This document shows positions 57,764 through 64,000 of a stretch of DNA of 64,000 nt, in pieces. The position numbers were made by a program, and so were the translations under genes. This DNA comes from Candidatus Gottesmanbacteria bacterium (GTDB taxonomy: Bacteria; Patescibacteriota; Microgenomatia; UBA10105; UBA927), in NCBI GenBank assembly GCA_963790805.1, contig CAWBPL010000002.1:576696-640695 (forward strand), read 5' to 3'. Each line of letters begins with the position of its first letter. Positions within the stretch are counted from its first letter, which is position 1. The notes below the pieces were generated by a model. The model was given only the letters and a program-made list of their open reading frames with translations. It searched no databases and was not told the DNA's origin.

Positions 57764-57772
57764 CGTGATCGT

Positions 57773-58429
57773 ATGGAACAACAAACAACATCATCGGCAG
57801 TTATGCGCATAAGCGAAGGGCAGATTCGCGGGGTGAATGTGGGAGATTCGCAGCAGTCGGTCGTACATAGACTTGGCCAGCCGATATCGCTTGTCGCGCA
57901 ACCATCCGGCATATCCATACTGCAATACGGATCGACGGCGCCATCGATGGCGCAGTATGTGTATGTCTCCGGCGGCGTTGTGGTTCAGCGATCAATCAGT
58001 TATTTCGGTTTAACGAGAGAGCTGCAGGAATATATACAAAATTTCGGCGTTCCCAATCGCTCGCTCTACGTATCAGATACCCCCTTGCGGGACTCATTTC
58101 GCCTCGTTATCAATATCTGGCCGGATAAAGGATTGGCGGTGACATCTGAAGGCTCCTCAGCCACAAGTATCGTGATGCGAGAAGATACGTTCCGGCCCAT
58201 GACGCTGAGTGCGTATCTCTCTTCATGGGGGAGTAGTCTGGCAGGTCATGAGATGTCGACTGTGTCAGCGGTTGTCGTGGCAAAGCCGCAGACAGCTTCT
58301 ACCTTAGCGGCAAATAACAGAGCATCTATGGAAACGGGAATCGGAGTAGTCGGCTTGGTTTTTGTTATCGTATTGATGGTTTTTGTCATCCGGCGCAGGT
58401 CTATTTCTTCTTCCGCAGAGAAACGATAA
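57773..58429 (+). CDS. hypothetical tail-anchored membrane protein immediately downstream of the giant gene
   Basis: This 218-aa ORF starts 9 nt after the giant-gene stop. It has no signal peptide. A single C-terminal TM helix (GIGVVGLVFVIVLMVFVIRRR) is followed by a short basic tail. Its 3' end overlaps the convergent gene by 29 nt. I recognise no family. Confidence 0.55.
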   Translation: MEQQTTSSAVMRISEGQIRGVNVGDSQQSVVHRLGQPISLVAQPSGISILQYGSTAPSMAQYVYVSGGVVVQRSISYFGLTRELQEYIQNFGVPNRSLYVSDTPLRDSFRLVINIWPDKGLAVTSEGSSATSIVMREDTFRPMTLSAYLSSWGSSLAGHEMSTVSAVVVAKPQTASTLAANNRASMETGIGVVGLVFVIVLMVFVIRRRSISSSAEKR

Positions 58430-61034
58430 ACGGGAGAGCGCAGATAACTACCGCAAGGATAGTCACCCACAACAAGAATACTTTTTGCTTCGATGGTTCG
58501 TACCACGCTACGATCGTATGTGTGCCGGCAGCTACCGGTATGCCGATGAAGAAGGGGAATACGATAAAGGGTTTAACGGATTTTCCGTCGACGGTCACGC
58601 GCCAGTTAGGATGAAAGGTTTCCTTTAGAACGACGATACAGTCAGGGCAATTGGCGCCAACCTCCACGTTTGTTTTGAAGATCATGTCCGTGTCGTCAAC
58701 TTCCGGGCCCAAAAGCTTCATGTCGTTGTATTGTTCGCGTTTCACCTTCGCTAATTGTTGTACGGATTCAAATCCCGGCGGTAAATACACCGGAGGTTCC
58801 GAGAACAGGCCATGCGTTTTGCCGTCTGGGGTTATGTAATCGGCTTCATCGGTCATTTTGAAGTTCGGAAGTCCGGTTGCATGCGGATAACTTGTATCAA
58901 ACGTCATTTCGGGGTACAGGCCATAGGCGGAATCGTTCGATTGAATCCACAGATGTACGAGGTTCATAAATGATTGTCTCCCGATCGATACAATTGCCGG
59001 TCGCACGCCGACGGTAAAATAGCCGCTTGTCGGGATTTCGTAGAGTTTCCATGTCGGTGATTGATCGATAAGCTTCCAGAAAGACTTCGGCGGTTCATCG
59101 GGGGGCGCTGCAGCCCAGCGGATGTTGTAGAGATCATAATCCTTGAGCGCGTCCTCGCTGAAATCCTGTTCGGTATCGGAGTTCATCGACCACGTCTCAG
59201 GGAGCCACATCGTCGTCTGGAGGCCGTAGGTGGAAAGATTCATAAAGTACGGGGTTTCCGCGACTTTAAAGTTTTTTCCATAGCTTCCTCCGCGTCCGGC
59301 ATAAATTCGCCCCGGCGCAAGCGATCGCAGCTTGGCAAACAGTGCCTGCTCGTCGGATGCGACCGCCGCATGACTGGTATTGGCGCGAAGAATAAGCTGT
59401 TCATTGAGCTGGTTATACGTGACTGACCACTGATAGATGCGCGGGATTATGATGACTATCATAAATAAATAGACAGATAAACGGATAAAGACATAGTTCA
59501 GACGCGTGTGAGCAACTTTTCGAAGAACCGCGTCGACAAAGCCTGACAGATATTCCGCCAACCATGCAAATCCGATGGGGGATAACAACATTCCGGCCAC
59601 GTGGACGCCGACCAAAAATCGGGAAAGGTGGAAGTCTTTCATGCCGGGAATCATGTCAATAAGACTTCCCCACGTGGTTCTGCCGAAGTAGAAGAGGAGC
59701 CAGAAGATAAACAAGAATGATAATGGGGAAAGGGTTGGCGTATTAGGTATTATGGCTAGCTGTTTGTTGTCTTTTGTTTTTTCCGTAATACCTAATACCG
59801 ATCCCACAATACGTTTTGTAACTGTTGGTAATAGACAAACAAGAACTCCAAGAAGGGTAAGTAATGTGATGTACGGTCCGCGGCCGAAGTCAAAGAGGTC
59901 GCCGTCAAACAGGCGGATCATTGTTTCCTTAATGCCGTAGGAATTAAATTTCCATACGGGATCCCAGAAGGAAATGTTATGGTAATTGCCCTGCAGAAAT
60001 ACCGGTACGATCCAATAACTTAATAGGAAAATAGAGATACCGACAACAAGGATAAGGCGGATGATCTGATCGACGAGAGAATCCCAGACGTCGCGAAGTG
60101 GCTCCTGCCGTAAAAATTTCACTACGGGAATGCCGATGGCAAGAAATCCGATCGACAGCATGGCGATCATGCCGATTCCTAAGTGGCCAGCTGTGGTGGC
60201 GGTAACGTAGAAAATTGCCCAGAGAAGATCGCGCGTTGGTCGGCGCGCTGTGGTTCTCGCATCGTCAAGGACCGGACCATTTTTGCTCCATAAATTCTTT
60301 TTTGCCAAGGCCGTGACGATAGCTCGAAACAGCGCGCCTCCCCGAGCGATAGTTATAAAAGTGGTTTTTAGTTTCTCTATGAATTGTTTTCCGGATACGA
60401 CTACCTCTTCTTTGGGGAGCATAAAAAACCGGTATGAATACGCGATAGCCAGCGGCAGCCAGATCATGGCAAAAAGCTGGCTTGACAGGCCGTAGCCCCG
60501 CCAGAGAAAGGACGAGGGGTCCAGTCCGTAAAGTCCGTCGGTCGAGAGGTTTGAAGCTATAAGCGCCCCGATTCCTGCCGTCAGCCACGGGAGGTCCATA
60601 AGAAGGAGGGCCCAGAAGACCGCCGCGGGGAATATACATAATAATATGTAGATAACTATGTGATAGTAGTGAAAAAGGGTGAGTTGTGGGGCAAAAAGAG
60701 CCAAAAACCGCCATGAGCCGACGATCAGTATCTGGGGCACATGGGAGTAGTAGAATGGCAGGTTATAGCCTTCGGCCCAGTTGGGCACCCAGTGGTCGGC
60801 TAAATACAGGAAATGGCAGACAGGGAAGGTAATTATGCCGGTAAAAGATGATGAACACTTTTTGGTTGCGAAATCCCACATTGTGTTTGTCCTGTCGACC
60901 AATCCGAATTGGAATGCATTGTCATTCGGATCGACCGTCGCGGTGGGCTCCAGACGATAGAGCCAGAAGTTAAACCCGACGGCAAAAAGAAGCATCGCTA
61001 TACCTAAAATTTTTTCAATCGTTGTTTTTTTCAT
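58401..61034 (-). CDS. large (877 aa) polytopic membrane protein, GT-C/YfhO-like (family unresolved)
   Basis: It has more than 15 hydrophobic helices. An acidic first loop (TVDPNDNAFQFGLVDR) follows TM1. A soluble domain of about 300 aa is followed by a terminal TM helix (FLLWVTILAVVICALPFIVSLRKKK), as in YfhO-type proteins. Confidence 0.55.
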   Translation of the reverse strand: MKKTTIEKILGIAMLLFAVGFNFWLYRLEPTATVDPNDNAFQFGLVDRTNTMWDFATKKCSSSFTGIITFPVCHFLYLADHWVPNWAEGYNLPFYYSHVPQILIVGSWRFLALFAPQLTLFHYYHIVIYILLCIFPAAVFWALLLMDLPWLTAGIGALIASNLSTDGLYGLDPSSFLWRGYGLSSQLFAMIWLPLAIAYSYRFFMLPKEEVVVSGKQFIEKLKTTFITIARGGALFRAIVTALAKKNLWSKNGPVLDDARTTARRPTRDLLWAIFYVTATTAGHLGIGMIAMLSIGFLAIGIPVVKFLRQEPLRDVWDSLVDQIIRLILVVGISIFLLSYWIVPVFLQGNYHNISFWDPVWKFNSYGIKETMIRLFDGDLFDFGRGPYITLLTLLGVLVCLLPTVTKRIVGSVLGITEKTKDNKQLAIIPNTPTLSPLSFLFIFWLLFYFGRTTWGSLIDMIPGMKDFHLSRFLVGVHVAGMLLSPIGFAWLAEYLSGFVDAVLRKVAHTRLNYVFIRLSVYLFMIVIIIPRIYQWSVTYNQLNEQLILRANTSHAAVASDEQALFAKLRSLAPGRIYAGRGGSYGKNFKVAETPYFMNLSTYGLQTTMWLPETWSMNSDTEQDFSEDALKDYDLYNIRWAAAPPDEPPKSFWKLIDQSPTWKLYEIPTSGYFTVGVRPAIVSIGRQSFMNLVHLWIQSNDSAYGLYPEMTFDTSYPHATGLPNFKMTDEADYITPDGKTHGLFSEPPVYLPPGFESVQQLAKVKREQYNDMKLLGPEVDDTDMIFKTNVEVGANCPDCIVVLKETFHPNWRVTVDGKSVKPFIVFPFFIGIPVAAGTHTIVAWYEPSKQKVFLLWVTILAVVICALPFIVSLRKKK

Positions 61035-61239
61035 ATATTCTCTACAAAATTATGTGTTCACTCGTGACAAAATTTTCTTGATCCGCTACTCGCAATAGTC
61101 TGTCTCTTAATATATCAAGATCGTTCTAAGCTCGGGAAGTGATCTGCGAAAATTTTATCACCTCGTTCGCGCTTATATTCTTCGAAAAATTTACTACTTC
61201 GCGTCCTCACTTCACCCGCTTCACTTTGCCAAACTGTGC

Positions 61240-63141
61240 TTACGGAATAAGATACGTATTCAACCAGTCTGCATGATCATCCGTAATGCCGTTCCCGCCG
61301 TCGTTGACGATAAGCTCCAATGTCTTTACACCGGTGACGTTAACGACAACATGATGCGGAGGGTCGTAGCGCCGTACAATATCGGATGCAAAGAGTTTTT
61401 TGCCGTCACCATACACGGCAAACTGGACGCTCCCTTGCGGACCGCCGTTAGTATCGACGCCATAGTCTGTGGTAAGTTTGCTGAATTTTTTATTGATATC
61501 AAATACTTCCTGCGATACGGCGTGGGTACCAAGCCCGTGCCGGTAAAAGAAATACTGGTCAGATAAAAAGCCCCATTTTGCGAATCCGAAACTTGCCATA
61601 ACCGGCATGTCCACCTGCCGTTGACCGTATCCGGTGATGCTGATGATAGGAGTAAATTGGGTTATGGCAACAGGACGTTTGGTAATAAGCGGCATATTTT
61701 TTATAGTGAGAAGTAGTACAAAACTTCCGATCCAGATAAACCATGCAAATGCCGGTATGTGCCGCCTGAGAATGTAGAGAAACCAGAAAAATAATCCGAT
61801 CTGAATGAAAGATGCGCCGATCGTCATTGTTGTCGTGTTGAGAGGATTTAAAAACGGGATGCCGTTTTTCGGATAATTTTGAATCATGGCGTTATGGATG
61901 TTGTAGAAAAAGACAGTGCAGAATATGCCGTAGCCGATCAGGAATTGTTTTAATATTTTGCTGTCGATAATGTGTTCGAGATTTTTGGGGTTTACGATCG
62001 CGAAAAAATACGGAGCCCACAACAAAAGGAATACACAAATGGGGAAGGCGTACCGGTCATGCGATTCTGTCTGGAAGAGAAAAAATCCGGCAGCTGCGAC
62101 AATAAGCGCTGAAAGATACCGGAAAACGAGGGACCGCTCTTCAATGGGATCAGAATTGATGGTGATTTTGACGCCTGATTTTGTCCTCCAGAGCTTGGTT
62201 AACGTTTGACTGACCATGATAAAAACGGACAGGAGATACGTTGCGGAAAACATATAGAGTCCGACGGTTTTTGCATTGGCAATCCCGATCCCCGCGATTT
62301 TATCGGAGATTTTCATTCCGTGGCCTCCGGCGACGATCCACCACACATTATATGCGTTGAGAGAAAGCCACGGAAAATAGTCGTAATTTCCCGTCAAGTC
62401 GCTTGCGACCCGCGCCATGTTTCGCGCCCGAATAAATTCAAAATTCGTGGCGAGAAATGCGCCGAGCGCGCCGCCGACTGCCTGCAATAATCCTTCAAAC
62501 CCGAGATATTGCCAGACGAATACGAAAAAAATCGGACCGTAAATCATATTTTGCAGCTTTGTCATCATGGAAATCATATATATGACACCGCCCAAGAGCG
62601 GTTTTTTTGACAATACGAAGCAGTTGGCGATAAGAAATAGAAGGACCCCCACGCTATCCACTTGGCCCCAGAGAGCTCCGTCAAAAAATGACAGTGGGTT
62701 GAGTATATAAAGAAGTGCCAGAAATACAAAAAAAATATACGGAAATGTCGGAAACCCAATCTTTTTGGCGTGTTTCCCGATCCACAAAAAGACTGCAAAT
62801 ATGCCGAAATCAGCGAGTATCGACGGGGCTTTGGAGATTGCCAAGAATAATATGTTTACGTTGCTCCAATATTCATTAAAATTGTGCGGATCCGCGAACC
62901 AGCCGTAGATTGTCGCCATAAGAGATAGCACATAGGCAAACGGCGTGGGGTAGTTGAAGTTGGTGAGTGGCAGGCCCTTGACGATGCCAAAGTCACGTAC
63001 TGCCAGCCCCCATGATTTCCAGAACGCAATATCCGCTTCAAAGCTGGGGTTAGGAATAAGAACCAATCGAAAAAGGAGAGCAAAAAGAAGCAGAAATTTC
63101 AGATTATTGGCATTTTCTATGTATGCAAAAACTTTCTTCAT
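61240..63141 (-). CDS. GT-C-like polytopic membrane protein fused to a C-terminal NPCBM carbohydrate-binding module
   Basis: The N-terminal 480 aa or so are multi-TM, with the first-loop motif FEADIAFWKSWG. The C-terminus reads GLGTHAVSQEVFDINKKFSKLTTDYGVDTNGGPQGSVQFAVYGDGKKLFASDIV...VNVTGVKTLELIVNDGGNGITDDHADWLNTYL. This matches the NPCBM pattern (G.HA.S...y.l...y..F...vGvDd......sV.F.V..DGk.l..S......V.v.G...L.LvV.d.gdg...DHAdWa.a.l). Confidence 0.7.
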   Translation of the reverse strand: MKKVFAYIENANNLKFLLLFALLFRLVLIPNPSFEADIAFWKSWGLAVRDFGIVKGLPLTNFNYPTPFAYVLSLMATIYGWFADPHNFNEYWSNVNILFLAISKAPSILADFGIFAVFLWIGKHAKKIGFPTFPYIFFVFLALLYILNPLSFFDGALWGQVDSVGVLLFLIANCFVLSKKPLLGGVIYMISMMTKLQNMIYGPIFFVFVWQYLGFEGLLQAVGGALGAFLATNFEFIRARNMARVASDLTGNYDYFPWLSLNAYNVWWIVAGGHGMKISDKIAGIGIANAKTVGLYMFSATYLLSVFIMVSQTLTKLWRTKSGVKITINSDPIEERSLVFRYLSALIVAAAGFFLFQTESHDRYAFPICVFLLLWAPYFFAIVNPKNLEHIIDSKILKQFLIGYGIFCTVFFYNIHNAMIQNYPKNGIPFLNPLNTTTMTIGASFIQIGLFFWFLYILRRHIPAFAWFIWIGSFVLLLTIKNMPLITKRPVAITQFTPIISITGYGQRQVDMPVMASFGFAKWGFLSDQYFFYRHGLGTHAVSQEVFDINKKFSKLTTDYGVDTNGGPQGSVQFAVYGDGKKLFASDIVRRYDPPHHVVVNVTGVKTLELIVNDGGNGITDDHADWLNTYLIP

Positions 63142-63146
63142 ATCGG

Positions 63147-63899
63147 TTATTTTGTTGACCAGCTGACGCTGTCGACGATGTGATTGAATGCGGATGCGTC
63201 AAGAATTCCACTTGCCAGATGAATAACGTATTGCGGATTGGGTACTTCAAAAAACACATCATCGTTCGGCGTCCGGCCAGCGCTATCGATGTATTTTGCC
63301 CGATAGCCCTTAAGCCCTTTGCTATTGGTAAATTCGGTAATTGATGCGACGCCCTTGAGTCCGAATTGCTTATACCATGTTTCAACGTACGAGCGTTTTG
63401 CGACGTTGATATATTGTTTTGCCGAATCCCTGCTTTCAAGGTTATCAACGCCGATAAGAACATTTTGATCGGGAGGAGTGTTGTTCCACGCAATTGCATA
63501 AATATCGTATGTATCGTTGGGAAACGTAACGAGTTTGAGCGTTTTGGGAGATTCGAATGCGTATGGATATATACGGCCTCTGACAGTCACCCATACGGCA
63601 TCGCGGGTTACGGCAAATTTACCCTGTCCGGTTATGTATGTACCGTCTTTAGTTGAACTAGGCGGGGTGCTTACCGGCGTGTCGGTCGGAATTACGGCAA
63701 CTGGTGGCGGTTGTATGCCGCCGTTTGCTCCTGCGTTCGGACCTAAATAGGTGCCGCCTGCCGGAATGACGATCGTGCCGTGTTGTTGAAATGAAAGATT
63801 ATGTTGAAGAATGAGAAGTAATAGAGCGGTTAAAACGATGCCAACAATGAAATTGGATGAAATTTTTATTTTAGGTAGTTCTATTGTTTCTTCATCCAT
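63147..63899 (-). CDS. hypothetical signal-anchored extracytoplasmic protein
   Basis: This 250-aa ORF has an N-terminal TM helix (FIVGIVLTALLLLILQ), a Pro/Thr linker and then a beta-rich domain. It ends 5 nt upstream of the next gene in the same orientation, suggesting an operon. Confidence 0.55.
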   Translation of the reverse strand: MDEETIELPKIKISSNFIVGIVLTALLLLILQHNLSFQQHGTIVIPAGGTYLGPNAGANGGIQPPPVAVIPTDTPVSTPPSSTKDGTYITGQGKFAVTRDAVWVTVRGRIYPYAFESPKTLKLVTFPNDTYDIYAIAWNNTPPDQNVLIGVDNLESRDSAKQYINVAKRSYVETWYKQFGLKGVASITEFTNSKGLKGYRAKYIDSAGRTPNDDVFFEVPNPQYVIHLASGILDASAFNHIVDSVSWSTK

Positions 63900-63908
63900 A
63901 ATTCGCCC

Positions 63909-63917
63909 ATTGTAGCA
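63909..63917 (-). promoter_or_regulatory. extended -10 element (TGCTACAAT on the - strand) only 9 nt upstream of the ATG at 63899
   Basis: The - strand reads ...TTTTTTCTGCTACAATGGGCGAATTATG. The spacing implies a leaderless or nearly leaderless transcript for the three-gene operon 63899->58401. Confidence 0.4.
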
Positions 63918-64000
63918 GAAAAAATAAAATTGTGTGAAGGGGTTTTTGCGCTTTGGGCGGTATACATTTTGTGCGCATCCGTCAAGAAGGCTTGAGGTTG

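Noticed and set aside
21268-57743. Dozens of 60-250-aa ORFs on the - strand or in other + frames inside the giant gene, for example 38657-39403 (248 aa), 32741-33328 (195 aa), 57201-57743 (180 aa) and 21268-21789 (173 aa).
   Set aside because: All lie entirely within the 36,972-nt open frame. Their translations are Arg/Cys/Ser-rich and low-complexity, as is typical of non-coding frames. None shows a recognisable motif.
20792-57763. Alternative genetic code or stop-codon reassignment as the reason for the very long ORF.
   Set aside because: All flanking genes translate cleanly with the standard code and end at ordinary stops. The giant frame contains no in-frame TGA, TAA or TAG, so no reassignment is needed.
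58401-58429. A 29-nt convergent overlap between the 3' ends of the 218-aa + strand ORF and the 877-aa - strand gene, as a possible antisense regulatory feature.
   Set aside because: Short 3'-3' overlaps are common in compact genomes. The last residues of the 218-aa ORF are a low-information basic tail. Nothing in the sequence indicates regulation.

Overview
About 72% of this 64-kb window (46,155 nt) belongs to two giant envelope-protein genes. The first is a 12,323-codon ORF on the + strand (20792-57763). Its product reads as a membrane-embedded chain of enzyme modules, in this order:
- a Hint autoprocessing domain
- a SecA-like DEAD motor
- five HExxH zincin motifs
- a phosphodiester glycosidase
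- a CHAP domain plus a second papain-like amidase
- six FHA domains
- a GNAT domain
- a block of about 11 transmembrane (TM) helices

The second is a 3,060-codon ORF on the - strand (9112-18294). It fuses two N-terminal MerR/excisionase-type HTH motifs and one TM helix to a roughly 363-aa collagen-like G-X-T region, Cys-paired propeller-like repeats and a LamG domain. It heads an apparent operon with two GT-C-like polytopic membrane proteins.

The remaining genes are:
- a 5'-partial TrmB-type regulator
- a DUF2298/YYY membrane protein
- a NodB polysaccharide deacetylase
- Rho, carrying a low-complexity RG-rich N-terminal extension
- a LysM-LysM-M23 peptidase
- two adjacent tRNA-Ala genes followed by hairpin-GCCACA repeats
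- a second three-gene envelope operon that includes a GT-C-like protein fused to an NPCBM carbohydrate-binding module

I saw no rRNA, CRISPR array, integrase, transposase or reverse transcriptase. The gene content suggests a small-genome, possibly episymbiotic (CPR/Patescibacteria-like) bacterium. That is inference only. All domain calls come from motifs read by eye and need profile searches to confirm.
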